Below are positions 36,448-48,149 of a stretch of 64,000 nucleotides of DNA, in pieces. The translations under genes and the position numbers were made by a program. The notes under the pieces were generated by a model. It had not been told where the DNA came from. It was given only the letters and a program-made list of their open reading frames with translations, and did no database searches. The first letter of the stretch is position 1; every line of letters begins with the position of its first letter. Source of the DNA: Escherichia coli (GTDB lineage Bacteria; Pseudomonadota; Gammaproteobacteria; Enterobacterales; Enterobacteriaceae); assembly GCF_050320075.1 (NCBI RefSeq), contig NZ_CP190018.1; one strand, given 5' to 3'.

Positions 36448-39400
36448 TTACTCGGTTACCGTTTGTTTAGGTTTACGCGAAAAACGCAGCCGCAGACGGT
36501 CGAAAAAGAGATACACCACCGGCGTGGTATACAGCGTAAGGAGCTGGCTCATTACCAGTCCGCCGACAATGGTGATCCCCAGGGGTTGCCGCAGCTCCGA
36601 GCCGTCGCCGCCCGACAACACCAGCGGCAGCGCGCCAAACAGCGCCGCCAGGGTAGTCATCATAATCGGGCGAAAACGCAGCAGACAGGCCTGGAAAATA
36701 GCTTCCTGCGGCGTCAGGTTACCGTGCCGTTGGGCTTCAAGCGCAAAATCGACCATCATAATGGCGTTTTTCTTCACGATGCCGATTAATAGCATGATCC
36801 CTATCAGGGCGATTAGGCTGAACGGGGCATTGAACAGCTCCAGCGCCAGCAGCGCTCCAACACCCGCCGAGGGCAGGGTGGAGAGAATCGTCAGCGGGTG
36901 CACATAACTCTCGTAAAGGATACCCAGCACGATATACACCGTGGCGATGGCGGCGATAATCAGGATCACCTGTGAGTTCATCGTCTCCTGGAACACCTGC
37001 GCTGTTCCGGCAAAACTGCCGCGCACCGTCGAAGGCACACCAAGCTGGGTCATTGCGCGATCGATCGCCGCACTGGCGTCCGAGAGCGATTTTCCGGTCG
37101 GCAGGTTGAACGAAATGGTCGAGGCCGCCGATAATCCCTGATGATTCACCGATAGTGGGGCATTCGCCGGTTGCCATTTAGCGAAATACGACAGCGGGAT
37201 CGCTTTGCCTTCGTTATTGATAACGAACATTTTTTCCAGCGCACTGATGTCCTGGGTATAGCGCGGATCCACTTCCATCACCACTTTATACTGGTTCATC
37301 GGCTGGTAAATGGTCGAGATTTGCCGCTGACCGAAGGCGTTATTTAACAGACTGTTGGCGGCTTGTACGTCGATTCCCAGCCGTGCCATGGTGTCGCGAT
37401 CGTAAACCAGATTCATCTCCGCGCCGTTATCCTGCTGATCGGAGTTCACGTCCGCCAGTTCCGGCAATGTCGCCAGTTTTTTGCGGATTTTCGGCTCCCA
37501 TTCGCGCAGTGCCGCCAGGTCGTCGGATAACAACGTGTACTGATAACTGGCGTTAGACTGACGTCCGCCAACGCGAATATCCTGTACCGCCATCAGGAAC
37601 AGATTCGCCCCCGGTTCTTTCGCCAGCTTCACCCGCAGACGGTCGATAATTTGCTGCGCCGTTTCGCTGCGTTCGTCGCGTGGCTTGAGGGTGATAAACA
37701 TCATCCCGCTGTTCACTCGCGAACCGCCTGTAAAGCCGGTGACATTATCCACTGCCGGATCGTCACGGATAATTTTCATGAAATCCTGCAACTTACCGCG
37801 CATCGCCTGAAACGAAATACTCTGATCCGCCTGAATCCCGCCCATCAACACGCCAGTGTCCTGCTCCGGGAAGAAGGTTTTCGGGATCGAGATATACAGC
37901 CAGATATTCAGCGCAATGGTGCCAAGCAGCACCACGCCCACCAGACGGGTATGATTGAGCACCCATTTCAGTGACTTGCCGTAGCCTTGTTGCAGGGCTA
38001 CCAACATGCGACCAAAACCACGTAGTCGCTTTTGCTCGCGCGGCTTGCTGGCTTTCAGCATCCAGCCACACATCATTGGCGTTAATGTCAGAGAAACCAG
38101 TAACGAAATACCAATGGCGACAGAAAGCGTCACGGCAAACTCGCGTAACAGTCGGCCCGGCAATCCGCCCATCAACAGCAGCGGCAGGAACACCGCCACC
38201 AGTGACAGACTCATCGACAGCACCGTAAAGCCGACTTCGCGAGTACCTTGTAGCGCGGCCTGTAGTGGTTTCATCCCCGCTTCCAGATGACGGGCAATGT
38301 TTTCCAGCACCACGATGGCGTCATCCACCACGAAACCAGTAGCGATGGTGAGCGCCATTAACGACAGGTTATTGAGACTGAATCCGCACAGGTACATCGC
38401 CGCAAACGTACCAATCAGCGAAACCGGCACCACAACGGCGGGAATAATAGTGGCGCGACCCGAGCGCAGGAATAAAAACACCACCAGAATCACCAGCGCC
38501 ACCGAGATAATCAGCGTTTGCTCGACTTCTTCCAGCGAGGCGCGAATGGTGGGGGAGCGATCCTGGGCAATTTGCAGATCAATCGCCGCCGGAATGGTCT
38601 CCTGCAACTCCGGTAATTTTGCCCGGATGCTGTCAACCGTCTGGATAATATTGGCTTCCGGCAGCTTGCGGATCATCAGCAAAATAGCTGGTTTGGCGTT
38701 GGTCATCCCGGCGTTGCGCACATCCTGCACCGAGTCAGTCACCGTCGCCACATCACCCAGACGAACCGCGCCGCCGTTGTTGTAATGAATAATCAACGGC
38801 TGATATTCAGCGGCGGTTTTTAGCTCATCATTGGTCTGGATCTGCCAGCGGTGAGTGCCATCTTCCAGTGCCCCCTGTGGTTTACGCACGTTGGCATTGC
38901 TGATGGCGGTGCGTACGTCGTCCAGCGAGACGCCCTGATTAAACAGCGCCTGCGGATTCAGCCCGACGCGTACGGCGGGCAGTGAGCTGCCGCCGACATC
39001 GACATCACCAACACCGTCGATTTGCGAAATCGTCGGAGCCAGCTGCGTCGAGGCGAAATCGTACAGTTCACCCTGAGAATAAGTATCGGATGTCAGCGTG
39101 AGGATCATAATTGGCGCATCCGACGGGTTCGCTTTGCGATAGGTCGGACGGCTGGGCATCCCACTGGGCAGCAAACTTTGTGCAGCGTTGATCGCCGCCT
39201 GCACATCACGCGCTGCGCCGTTGATATCCCGGTCAAAATCAAACTGCAAAATAATCCGCGTGCTGCCGAGCGAACTACTGGAGGTCATTTCACTAACCCC
39301 GGCAATGCGCCCAAGTGAGCGCTCCAGCGGCGTGGCAACGGAAGACGCCATTGTCTCCGGCGACGCACCGGGCAGCGAGGCGCTGACCATAATCACCGGA

Positions 39401-39525
39401 AAATCGACCTGCGGCAGCGGGGCGACCGGCAGCATACGGAAGCCCAGTATGCCGCAGAGGGTAATGGCGACCGACAGTAAAATCGTCGCCACCGGGCGGT
39501 AAATGAAGAGGGCAAAAAACTTCAC
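36448..39525 (-). CDS. mdtC: RND multidrug efflux permease MdtC
   Basis: 1025 aa RND transporter, synteny. Confidence 0.9.
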   Translation of the reverse strand: MKFFALFIYRPVATILLSVAITLCGILGFRMLPVAPLPQVDFPVIMVSASLPGASPETMASSVATPLERSLGRIAGVSEMTSSSSLGSTRIILQFDFDRDINGAARDVQAAINAAQSLLPSGMPSRPTYRKANPSDAPIMILTLTSDTYSQGELYDFASTQLAPTISQIDGVGDVDVGGSSLPAVRVGLNPQALFNQGVSLDDVRTAISNANVRKPQGALEDGTHRWQIQTNDELKTAAEYQPLIIHYNNGGAVRLGDVATVTDSVQDVRNAGMTNAKPAILLMIRKLPEANIIQTVDSIRAKLPELQETIPAAIDLQIAQDRSPTIRASLEEVEQTLIISVALVILVVFLFLRSGRATIIPAVVVPVSLIGTFAAMYLCGFSLNNLSLMALTIATGFVVDDAIVVLENIARHLEAGMKPLQAALQGTREVGFTVLSMSLSLVAVFLPLLLMGGLPGRLLREFAVTLSVAIGISLLVSLTLTPMMCGWMLKASKPREQKRLRGFGRMLVALQQGYGKSLKWVLNHTRLVGVVLLGTIALNIWLYISIPKTFFPEQDTGVLMGGIQADQSISFQAMRGKLQDFMKIIRDDPAVDNVTGFTGGSRVNSGMMFITLKPRDERSETAQQIIDRLRVKLAKEPGANLFLMAVQDIRVGGRQSNASYQYTLLSDDLAALREWEPKIRKKLATLPELADVNSDQQDNGAEMNLVYDRDTMARLGIDVQAANSLLNNAFGQRQISTIYQPMNQYKVVMEVDPRYTQDISALEKMFVINNEGKAIPLSYFAKWQPANAPLSVNHQGLSAASTISFNLPTGKSLSDASAAIDRAMTQLGVPSTVRGSFAGTAQVFQETMNSQVILIIAAIATVYIVLGILYESYVHPLTILSTLPSAGVGALLALELFNAPFSLIALIGIMLLIGIVKKNAIMMVDFALEAQRHGNLTPQEAIFQACLLRFRPIMMTTLAALFGALPLVLSGGDGSELRQPLGITIVGGLVMSQLLTLYTTPVVYLFFDRLRLRFSRKPKQTVTE

Positions 39526-42500
39526 TTACGCCTCCTCTTCATGGCGAGCAAAGCGACTTTTGGTCCACAATGCCAGGCGGTCGAACAGCAGATAAATCAC
39601 CGGCGTGGTGAACAGCGTCAGCACCTGGCTGACAATCAGACCGCCGACCATGCCGATACCTAACGGACGACGCAGTTCCGCGCCGACCCCGGTACTCAAC
39701 ATCAGCGGCAGCGCGCCAAGCAGAGCCGCCAGGGTGGTCATCAGGATCGGACGAAAACGCAACAGACAAGCCTGGTAGATGGCATCGCGCGGCGACATGC
39801 CTTGCTCGCGCTCAGCAGCCAGCGCGAAGTCGATCATCATGATGGCGTTCTTCTTCACGATACCGATCAGCAAAATAATGCCGATAATCGCAATCACATC
39901 CAGCTCACTTCCGGCAATCATTAATGCCAGCAGTGCGCCGACCCCTGCGGTGGGTAGCGTCGAGAGAATGGTGATCGGGTGAATAAAGCTCTCGTACAGA
40001 ATGCCGAGCACGATATACATCGCCACCACCGCCGCGACAATCAGCCAGACAGTGCTGCCCAGCGCCGACTGGAAGGCGAGGGTGCTGCCCTGGAATTGCG
40101 TGGTGATATCCACCGGCAGATTCAGCGTCTTCTCGGTGTCCATAATCGCCTGCACCGCATCACCCAGCGAATAGTTATCCGGCACGTTAAAGGAGATGGT
40201 CGTTACCGGGAACTGATCCAGATGGTTGATGGAGAGCGGCGCAAAACGCTGCTCAATTTTGGCAATTGAGCTTAGCGGCACCACGCCACCGTCGCTGCTG
40301 GTCAGGCGAATGGTATCCAGCGCCGCGAGGCCTGGGGTATTTTCGGTGTTGTGTTCCAGCACCACGCGATACTGGTTAGCCTGAGTATAAATAGTGGAAA
40401 TCAGCCGCTGACCAAACGCGTTGTACAGGGCGTTATCGACATCCGCCATGCTGATCCCCAGACGGCTGGCGCTGTCGCGATCAACATTGACATACGCCAC
40501 CAGCCCTTTGTCCTGCCAGTCGCTGGAGACATCAGAAAGCTGTGGCAGTTGCTGGAGTTTTTCCATCAACTCTGGCACCCAGGTACTGAGCGCATCCAGT
40601 GAGGTGGCCTGCAAGGTAAACTGGTACTGGGTGCGGCTGACCTGAGTATCGATGGTCAGGTCCTGCGTTGGTTGCAGGAAGAGATCGACGCCCGGCACTT
40701 TATCCACCGCCGTTTGCAGACGGGCGATGACTTTTTGCACCCGATCATCACGTTCATCCAGCGGTTTGAGGTTGATCTGCAAACGCGCACTGTTCAGCGA
40801 CGGGTTAGTGCCATCAACGCCAACAAATGAGGTCAGACTTTGCACTGCCGGATCCTGCAAAATCACGTCCGCGACCTGGCGTTGCCGCTGGGCCATATTG
40901 GCAAAGGAGCTGGATTGCGGTGCCTGCAAAGTGCCCTGAATAATGCCGTTGTCCTGTACCGGGAAGAAACCTTTCGGAATGAACACCCACAGCAGCACGC
41001 TAAGCAGCAGCGTGCTGAGTGCCACGCTTAAGGTCAGCCACGGATGATTCAGCACTTTCGCCAGTCCACGACCATAGGCGGCGATTATCCTGTCGAACAT
41101 TTTTTCCGAGGCACGGGAGAAGCGGTTCTGTTTACGCAACGACTCCTGGCTGAGCATCCGCGCGCACATCATCGGTGTCAGGGTCAGCGACACCACCGCT
41201 GAGATCAAAATCGCTACCGCCAGGGTAATAGCAAATTCGCGGAACAGTCGCCCGACGATATCGCCCATAAACAGCAGTGGGATCAACACCGCAATCAGCG
41301 AGAAGGTCAGCGAGATAATGGTAAAGCCGATTTCACCTGCGCCCTTGAGCGCCGCCGCCAACGGTTTTTCGCCTTTTTCGATATAGCGGGAAATATTTTC
41401 GATCACCACGATGGCGTCATCGACCACGAACCCGGTGGCGATAGTTAACGCCATCAGCGTCAGGTTATTGATTGAAAAATCGAGAAACACCATGACCGCG
41501 AAGGTGCCGATTAACGACAGCGGCACTGCGAAGCCGGGAATGATGGTCGCCGGAATATTGCGCAAAAACAGGTAGATAATCATGACTACCAGCGCGATAG
41601 CCATCATCAATTCAAACTGGGTATCGTTGACCGATGCGCGGATATTGGTGGTGCGATCGGAAAGCACTGTTACCTTCACCGATTTCGGCAGACTCTCGGT
41701 GAGCTGTGGCAGCATCTGCCGGATGCTGTCGGCGATGGAGATAATGTTAGCACCGGGCTGGCGCTGAACATTCATCACAATGGCCTGTTCTTTGTTCGCC
41801 CATGCGCCAAGCCAGCTGTTTTCTGCACCTTGCTCTACGGTTGCGACATCGCCAAGACGAATCGGCGCGCCGTTCTGGTAGGCGATGATTAGCTGGCGAT
41901 ACTCTTCGGCGGATTGCATCTGGTCGTTCGCGGAAAGCGTGACCGCACGGGAAGGGCCGTCGAGGCTACCTTTTGCCGAGTTAACGTTAGCGCCGGTAAT
42001 GGCGGTGCGCACGGTTTCGCTGGTCAGGCCGAGGGCGGCAATCGCCTGAGCGTTAAGTTTGACGCGAACAGCCGGACGCTGACCGCCGGAAAGCGTCACC
42101 AGGCCGACGCCGGAAATCTGCGAGATTTTCTGCGCGACGCGGGTTTCCACCATATCTTCCACTTGCGTCATCGGCATGGCGGTTGAGGTGACGGCGAGCG
42201 TCATGATCGGCGGATCTGCCGGGTTCACTTTGCTGTAAACCGGCGGGTTAGGCAGATCGCTCGGTAGCAGGTTAGTGGCGGCGTTAATCGCGGCCTGCAC
42301 TTCCTGCTCGGCGACATCGAGCGGTAATGTTAGCTGGAACTGTAAGGTGATAACTGACGCACCGCCGGAACTTTGCGACGACATCTGTTTCAGGCCAGAC
42401 ATCTGCCCGAACTGGCGCTCGAGCGGCGCGGTAACGGCAGAGGTCATGACATCCGGGCTTGCACCTGGGTAAAGCGTGACTACCTGAATGGTCGGATAGT

Positions 42501-42648
42501 CCACTTCCGGCAGCGCCGAAACGGGCAGGGCGCGATAACCGATAATCCCGGCGAGTAAGATCGCCACCATCAGCAGCGTGGTGGCGACAGGACGCATAAT
42601 AAACAGGCGAGACGGGCCGCCTGTGCTGCTCGGGGGTAACACCTGCAT
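39526..42648 (-). CDS. mdtB: RND multidrug efflux permease MdtB
   Basis: 1040 aa RND transporter, paralogous to the downstream mdtC. Confidence 0.9.
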   Translation of the reverse strand: MQVLPPSSTGGPSRLFIMRPVATTLLMVAILLAGIIGYRALPVSALPEVDYPTIQVVTLYPGASPDVMTSAVTAPLERQFGQMSGLKQMSSQSSGGASVITLQFQLTLPLDVAEQEVQAAINAATNLLPSDLPNPPVYSKVNPADPPIMTLAVTSTAMPMTQVEDMVETRVAQKISQISGVGLVTLSGGQRPAVRVKLNAQAIAALGLTSETVRTAITGANVNSAKGSLDGPSRAVTLSANDQMQSAEEYRQLIIAYQNGAPIRLGDVATVEQGAENSWLGAWANKEQAIVMNVQRQPGANIISIADSIRQMLPQLTESLPKSVKVTVLSDRTTNIRASVNDTQFELMMAIALVVMIIYLFLRNIPATIIPGFAVPLSLIGTFAVMVFLDFSINNLTLMALTIATGFVVDDAIVVIENISRYIEKGEKPLAAALKGAGEIGFTIISLTFSLIAVLIPLLFMGDIVGRLFREFAITLAVAILISAVVSLTLTPMMCARMLSQESLRKQNRFSRASEKMFDRIIAAYGRGLAKVLNHPWLTLSVALSTLLLSVLLWVFIPKGFFPVQDNGIIQGTLQAPQSSSFANMAQRQRQVADVILQDPAVQSLTSFVGVDGTNPSLNSARLQINLKPLDERDDRVQKVIARLQTAVDKVPGVDLFLQPTQDLTIDTQVSRTQYQFTLQATSLDALSTWVPELMEKLQQLPQLSDVSSDWQDKGLVAYVNVDRDSASRLGISMADVDNALYNAFGQRLISTIYTQANQYRVVLEHNTENTPGLAALDTIRLTSSDGGVVPLSSIAKIEQRFAPLSINHLDQFPVTTISFNVPDNYSLGDAVQAIMDTEKTLNLPVDITTQFQGSTLAFQSALGSTVWLIVAAVVAMYIVLGILYESFIHPITILSTLPTAGVGALLALMIAGSELDVIAIIGIILLIGIVKKNAIMMIDFALAAEREQGMSPRDAIYQACLLRFRPILMTTLAALLGALPLMLSTGVGAELRRPLGIGMVGGLIVSQVLTLFTTPVIYLLFDRLALWTKSRFARHEEEA

Positions 42649-43895
42649 CAGGAGCGTGCTCCTTTTTTCGCGTATTCGCGGCTGGTGGCTTTCTCTTCTG
42701 GAGTGGTGGCGCTCTGGGCTTCCACCACTTCCACTTTCGCCCCTTCGGTCAGGCGATCAATGCCGTCTGTCACCACGCGATCGCCCGCAGAAATACCTGC
42801 ACGGATCACCACTTTCTGACTGTCCTGAATGCCCGGCGTCACCAGATGTTTGCTGACCTTGTTTTCACTATTCAGCACCCAGACAAAATGGCCTTCATTG
42901 CCCATTTGCAGGGCGGCTGATGGGATCACTACGGCGTTTTGTTCGGTGTCGACTAACATGCGCGCGTTAACAAACTGATTGGGAAACAGCGCATCATCCT
43001 GATTATTAAAGCGTGCTTTCACTTTAATCGTACCGGTTGTGGCATCGATTTGGTTATCGAGGCTTAACAGCGTGCCTTCACTTAATTTCTTCGAGTTGGT
43101 GCGATCCCAGGCTTCTACCACCAGCGGTTTTCCGGCTTTCTGCGCCTGCACGACGGTAGCGATATCGCTTTCCGGCAGGGTAAAGAGCAAATCGATAGGA
43201 TGCGTCTGGGTGATCACCACGATCCCGGTGGTATCACCACTGGAGATTTGGTTACCAACATCAACCTGCTTGAGACCAACGCGACCATCGACTGGTGCGG
43301 TGATGCGGCTCCAGTCGAGTTGCAGCTGCGCGCTGGCGACGCTTGCTTCATCAGCCTTAATGGTGCCTTCGGTTTCACTGACCAGCGCCTGTTGGGCATC
43401 CAGCTCCTGACGGGATACGAGATTGGTTTTTGCCAGTTGCTGATAACGCGCCAGGTCACGGCGGGCGTTAGCAAGCGTGGCTTTATCTTTTGCCAGTTGG
43501 CCCTGGGCTTGTGCTAATGCAACTTTGAACTGGCTGGGGTCAATTTCTGCCAGTAAATCGCCTGCTTTGACCTGCTGGCCTTCCTGGAAATGTAACGCCA
43601 TCAGTTGACCGTCCACGCGGCTGCGCACCGTAACAGTATTAGCGGCGGTAATGGTGCCAAGCCCGGTGAGGTAACGCGGAACTGCCTGTTCTACGGCGGT
43701 CGCCGCCTGAACCGGGGCTAATGGGCCGGAACGCATACCACGGCGACCACTCGCTGGCGATTGCTGCGCTTGTTTCGTCGCCCCTGGGGCTGCACTCCGG
43801 GAGTCATTGCGGCCTTGCCAGAACCAGAATGCGGCGATGGCGGCGATAACCACCACGATTACGATTACCCAACGGGATTTATAACTGCCTTTCAT
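42648..43895 (-). CDS. mdtA: RND efflux membrane-fusion (periplasmic adaptor) protein MdtA
   Basis: 415 aa from MKGSYKSRW...; track ORF over-extended upstream to 44042. Confidence 0.9.
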   Translation of the reverse strand: MKGSYKSRWVIVIVVVIAAIAAFWFWQGRNDSRSAAPGATKQAQQSPASGRRGMRSGPLAPVQAATAVEQAVPRYLTGLGTITAANTVTVRSRVDGQLMALHFQEGQQVKAGDLLAEIDPSQFKVALAQAQGQLAKDKATLANARRDLARYQQLAKTNLVSRQELDAQQALVSETEGTIKADEASVASAQLQLDWSRITAPVDGRVGLKQVDVGNQISSGDTTGIVVITQTHPIDLLFTLPESDIATVVQAQKAGKPLVVEAWDRTNSKKLSEGTLLSLDNQIDATTGTIKVKARFNNQDDALFPNQFVNARMLVDTEQNAVVIPSAALQMGNEGHFVWVLNSENKVSKHLVTPGIQDSQKVVIRAGISAGDRVVTDGIDRLTEGAKVEVVEAQSATTPEEKATSREYAKKGARS

Positions 43896-44109
43896 CGTTA
43901 AGAGTTTCTCTTCCTGAAACGTTTCGCGGAATGATACTAGTGTAGCCAGCCAATAAGGGAGAAAAATGGAGGAATTATGAAACACTGTCTGGAATCGTCT
44001 GAATGACGGGCACATTTGCGAGCACGCATCCAGTAATAACACAGGAAACTATTTTATCTACGCGTTAGCGATAGACTGCTTGCATGGCGAAAGGAGGTAA
44101 GCCGAAGAT

Positions 44110-44260
44110 TTCAGCGGGACGCTGAAACGGGAAAGCCCCTCCCGAGGAAGGGGCCTTAAATAAGGAAAGGGTCATGATGAAGCTACTCATCATCGTGGTG
44201 CTCTTAGTCATAAGCTTCCCCGCTTACTAAGACTACCAGGGCGGGGGAAACCCCGCTCTA
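44110..44260 (-). ncRNA. sibB: Sib antisense sRNA antitoxin overlapping ibsB (approximate ends)
   Basis: Known Ibs/Sib type I toxin-antitoxin arrangement; hairpin plus U-tract on minus strand upstream of the ibs start; ends not determined. Confidence 0.45.
44174..44230 (+). CDS. ibsB: Type I toxin Ibs (18 aa hydrophobic peptide MMKLLIIVVLLVISFPAY)
   Basis: Peptide read directly; one of two tandem homologous ~240-bp units between mdtA and yegL. Confidence 0.75.
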   Translation: MMKLLIIVVLLVISFPAY

Positions 44261-44439
44261 CCCTCACTCCTGAAAGTATGCCTTCACGATAAGATTGTCA
44301 ATCTGCAGGCTTTGCAGTCTGCGATCCTGCCAGCAAATATTCTTTGCGAGTCGTTACGCAATAATCACACTTGAAACTATTTTATCCGCAAGTCAGCGAT
44401 AGACTGCATTCAGGGCGAAAGGAGGTAAGCCGACGATTT

Positions 44440-44595
44440 CAGCGGGACGCTAAAACGGGGAACCCTCTCCCGGAGAAGAGGGCTTTTAAATAAGGAAAGG
44501 GTTATGATGAAGCACGTCATCATACTGGTGATACTCTTAGTGATTAGCTTCCAGGCTTACTAAGAACACCAGGGGGAGGGGGAAACCTCTCCCTA
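44440..44595 (-). ncRNA. sibA: Sib antisense sRNA antitoxin overlapping ibsA (approximate ends)
   Basis: As for sibB. Confidence 0.45.
44504..44563 (+). CDS. ibsA: Type I toxin Ibs (19 aa MMKHVIILVILLVISFQAY)
   Basis: Peptide read directly; second tandem unit. Confidence 0.75.
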   Translation: MMKHVIILVILLVISFQAY

Positions 44596-44783
44596 ACCCT
44601 CACTCCTGAAATTATGTCACTCCGCCCTTAGTGTCAATCGACGGCTCTCCGTTCTTGCGAGGCGAATAGCAAAATTTTCTGCGCCGCCGGGCCTAATTCT
44701 GAAAGTTTCTTCGTTTGCTCTTATTTCATTATTGCAATCGGTATGATACCGGACCTCAATAATTCTCTAAGAAAGGATTTCTT

Positions 44784-45443
44784 ATGAGCGAACAAATCAC
44801 GTTTGCCACCAGCGATTTTGCCAGTAACCCGGAACCACGTTGCCCCTGCATTTTGCTGCTGGATGTTTCTGGTTCGATGAACGGTAGACCCATTAATGAA
44901 CTTAACGCCGGATTGATTACCTTTCGCGATGAGCTGCTTGCCGACCCGCTGGCCTTAAAAAGAGTGGAACTTGGTATTGTGACGTTCGGCCCGGTGCATG
45001 TGGAACAACCCTTTACCAGCGCCGCTAATTTTTTCCCGCCCATCCTGTTTGCCCAGGGCGATACACCAATGGGTGCCGCCATTACCAAAGCCCTGGATAT
45101 GGTAGAGGAGCGGAAACGTGAGTATCGTGCAAATGGTATTTCGTATTATCGCCCGTGGATTTTCCTGATCACCGATGGCGCTCCAACCGATGAGTGGCAG
45201 GCTGCCGCCAACAAAGTGTTTCAGGGGGAAGAAGATAAGAAGTTTGCCTTCTTTTCCATCGGTGTTCAGGGGGCGGATATGAAGACGCTGGCCCAAATCA
45301 GCGTCCGTCAGCCTTTGTCTCTGCAGGGATTACAATTCCGCGAACTGTTTAGCTGGTTATCCAGTTCACTGCGTTCGGTTTCCCGCTCCACGCCGGGAAC
45401 GGAAGTTGTGCTGGAAGCGCCAAAAGGCTGGACGTCAGTGTGA
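44784..45443 (+). CDS. yegL: von Willebrand factor A domain protein YegL
   Basis: 219 aa with MIDAS-type motif LLLDVSGSM; synteny. Confidence 0.85.
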   Translation: MSEQITFATSDFASNPEPRCPCILLLDVSGSMNGRPINELNAGLITFRDELLADPLALKRVELGIVTFGPVHVEQPFTSAANFFPPILFAQGDTPMGAAITKALDMVEERKREYRANGISYYRPWIFLITDGAPTDEWQAAANKVFQGEEDKKFAFFSIGVQGADMKTLAQISVRQPLSLQGLQFRELFSWLSSSLRSVSRSTPGTEVVLEAPKGWTSV

Positions 45444-46201
45444 GCTGGCGTCTGGTTTATGCATCCGCTGTTGGAACGTCGCACATTAGCGCTGATTTAC
45501 CTTGTCAGGATGCCTGCCAGATGCAGGTTGCCTGGCTAAATGACCAGCAGCCATTACTGGTGATGTTCCTTGCTGATGGCGCAGGTAGCGTTTCGCAGGG
45601 AGGAGAAGGCGCGAAGCTCGCCGTCAATGAAGCGATGGCGTTTATGGTGCAAAAAGTACAGGACGGTGAATTGGGGCTTAATGATGTCCTCGCCACAAAT
45701 ATGGTACTGACCATTCGTCAACGACTTTTTGCCGAGGCAGAAGCCAAAGCATTAGCAGTTCGCGATTTTGCCTGCACGTTTCTGGGATTGATTTCATCGG
45801 CTAACGGCACATTGATTATGCAAATTGGCGACGGCGGTGTAGTGGTGGATTTTGGTCGTGGTCTGGAACTGCCGCTCACGCCGATGGTGGGTGAATATGC
45901 CAATATGACGCATTTCATTAGCGATGAAGATGCTGTTTCCAGACTGGAAACTTTCACCAGCACTGAGCGTGCGCATAAAGTTGCAGCATTTACGGATGGT
46001 ATTCAGCGACTGGCGTTAAATATGCTGGATAATTCTCCGCATGTGCCTTTCTTTACCCCGTTTTTCAATGGACTGGCGGCAGCAACGCAGGAACAACTCG
46101 ATTTATTACCTGAATTGTTAAAGCAGTTTTTGTCGAGCCCGGCGGTAAACGAGCGTACCGATGATGATAAAACGTTGGCACTGGCGCTGTGGTTACCATG
46201 A
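45440..46201 (+). CDS. pphC: PP2C-type protein phosphatase YegK (PphC)
   Basis: 253 aa, synteny; start overlaps yegL stop. Confidence 0.8.
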   Translation: MSWRLVYASAVGTSHISADLPCQDACQMQVAWLNDQQPLLVMFLADGAGSVSQGGEGAKLAVNEAMAFMVQKVQDGELGLNDVLATNMVLTIRQRLFAEAEAKALAVRDFACTFLGLISSANGTLIMQIGDGGVVVDFGRGLELPLTPMVGEYANMTHFISDEDAVSRLETFTSTERAHKVAAFTDGIQRLALNMLDNSPHVPFFTPFFNGLAAATQEQLDLLPELLKQFLSSPAVNERTDDDKTLALALWLP

Positions 46202-48138
46202 AACCCACTTTATATACTGCTACTGGTGAGTGCGTTACGCCAGGCCGTGAACTGGGCAAAGGTGGTGAAGGCGCGGTTTATGATATCGAGGAGTTTGTCG
46301 ATAGCGTCGCCAAGATTTATCACACGCCGCCACCCGCCTTAAAACAGGACAAACTTGCCTTTATGGCTGCGACAGCTGACGCGCAGTTGTTGAATTATGT
46401 CGCCTGGCCGCAGGCAACGCTTCACGGTGGACGAGGCGGAAAAGTTATCGGTTTTATGATGCCAAAAGTTTCTGGTAAAGAACCGATTCATATGATCTAT
46501 AGCCCGGCACATCGTCGCCAGAGTTACCCTCATTGTGCGTGGGATTTTCTACTCTATGTTGCGCGCAATATTGCTTCATCTTTTGCTACGGTTCACGAGC
46601 ACGGGCACGTCGTGGGTGACGTAAACCAGAACAGTTTTATGGTAGGTCGCGACAGCAAAGTGGTACTGATTGATAGCGACTCCTTTCAGATTAACGCCAA
46701 TGGCACACTGCATTTATGCGAAGTCGGCGTGTCGCATTTTACGCCGCCAGAGCTACAAACCTTGTCGTCATTTGTCGGCTTTGAACGCACAGAAAATCAC
46801 GATAATTTTGGCCTTGCGTTGCTGATTTTTCACGTCTTGTTTGGTGGCCGGCATCCTTATTCTGGTGTGCCGCTTATCTCTGATGCGGGTAATGCGCTGG
46901 AGACGGATATTACCCATTTCCGTTATGCCTACGCGTCAGATAATCAGCGACGTGGTTTAAAACCGCCGCCACGATCGATTCCGCTATCGATGTTACCGAG
47001 TGATGTTGAAGCCATGTTTCAGCAGGCATTCACGGAAAGTGGCGTGGCAACCGGGCGTCCGACGGCTAAAGCGTGGGTAGCGGCACTTGATTCTCTGCGC
47101 CAACAGTTAAAGAAATGTCCCGTTTCGGCAATGCATGTTTATCCCGCTCATTTGACCGACTGCCCGTGGTGTGCGCTGGATAATCAAGGCGTTATCTATT
47201 TTATTGATCTCGGCGAAGAGGTCATTACCACCAGCGGTGATTTTGTGCTGGCGAAAGTCTGGGCGATGGTGATGGCGTCAGTAGCACCGCCAGCATTGCA
47301 ATTGCCATTACCCGATCATTTCCAACCGACTGGCAGGCCGCTTCCTTTAGGCCTGTTACGGCGCGAATACATCATTCTGATTGAGATCGCACTGTCAGCG
47401 TTATCGCTGTTGCTTTGCGGCCTTCAGGCAGAACCGCGTTATATTATTTTGGTTCCTGTGCTGTCGGCTATCTGGATTATTGGCAGTCTGACAAGCAAAG
47501 CGTACAAAGCAGAAGTTCAGCAACGCCGTGAGGCATTTAATCGCGCGAAAATGGACTATGACCATTTATTCAGCCAGATCCAACAGTTGGGCGGGCTGGA
47601 AGGTTTTATCGCCAAACGGACGATGCTCGAAAAAATGAAGGACGAAATGCTCGGGTTACCGGAAGAAGAAAAACGTGCTCTGGCAGCACTTCACGACACC
47701 GCAAGGGAACGGCAGAAGCAGAAGTTTCTGGAGGGATTTTTTATTGATGTTGCCTCTATTCCCGGCGTTGGCCCTGCGCGTAAAGCGGCGTTACGGTCCT
47801 TTGGTATTGAAACAGCAGCGGATGTTACCCGTCGTGGGGTTAAGCAAGTGAAAGGGTTTGGTGATCATCTGACCCAGGCAGTTATCGACTGGAAAGCAAG
47901 TTGCGAACGCCGTTTTGTGTTCAGGCCGAATGAAGCGGTAACGCCAGCAGACAGACAAGCGGTAATGGCGAAAATGACCGCCAAACGACATCGGCTGGAA
48001 TCGACGTTGACTGTCGGCGCGACAGAGTTGCAGCGATTCCGCCTTCATGCTCCAGCACGGACCATGCCGTTGATGGAACCGTTACGTCAGGCGGCAGAAA
48101 AACTGGCTCAGGCGCAGGCTGATTTAAGCCGCTGCTGA
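46189..48138 (+). CDS. yegI: Ser/Thr protein kinase-like protein YegI
   Basis: 649 aa, kinase-like N-terminal domain, C-terminal TM and helical region; overlaps yegK stop by 13 nt. Confidence 0.8.
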   Translation: MVTMKPTLYTATGECVTPGRELGKGGEGAVYDIEEFVDSVAKIYHTPPPALKQDKLAFMAATADAQLLNYVAWPQATLHGGRGGKVIGFMMPKVSGKEPIHMIYSPAHRRQSYPHCAWDFLLYVARNIASSFATVHEHGHVVGDVNQNSFMVGRDSKVVLIDSDSFQINANGTLHLCEVGVSHFTPPELQTLSSFVGFERTENHDNFGLALLIFHVLFGGRHPYSGVPLISDAGNALETDITHFRYAYASDNQRRGLKPPPRSIPLSMLPSDVEAMFQQAFTESGVATGRPTAKAWVAALDSLRQQLKKCPVSAMHVYPAHLTDCPWCALDNQGVIYFIDLGEEVITTSGDFVLAKVWAMVMASVAPPALQLPLPDHFQPTGRPLPLGLLRREYIILIEIALSALSLLLCGLQAEPRYIILVPVLSAIWIIGSLTSKAYKAEVQQRREAFNRAKMDYDHLFSQIQQLGGLEGFIAKRTMLEKMKDEMLGLPEEEKRALAALHDTARERQKQKFLEGFFIDVASIPGVGPARKAALRSFGIETAADVTRRGVKQVKGFGDHLTQAVIDWKASCERRFVFRPNEAVTPADRQAVMAKMTAKRHRLESTLTVGATELQRFRLHAPARTMPLMEPLRQAAEKLAQAQADLSRC

Positions 48139-48149
48139 GCCATTTTCTT

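Noticed and set aside
42648-44042. Extended 464-aa version of mdtA in the ORF track, and likewise extended starts for P, O, L, V, ogr, udk, yegD, yegH, yegP and wzc
   Set aside because: Internal start codons with RBS give the lengths expected for the P2 and K-12 proteins; the track simply reports the longest ORF, including non-ATG starts.
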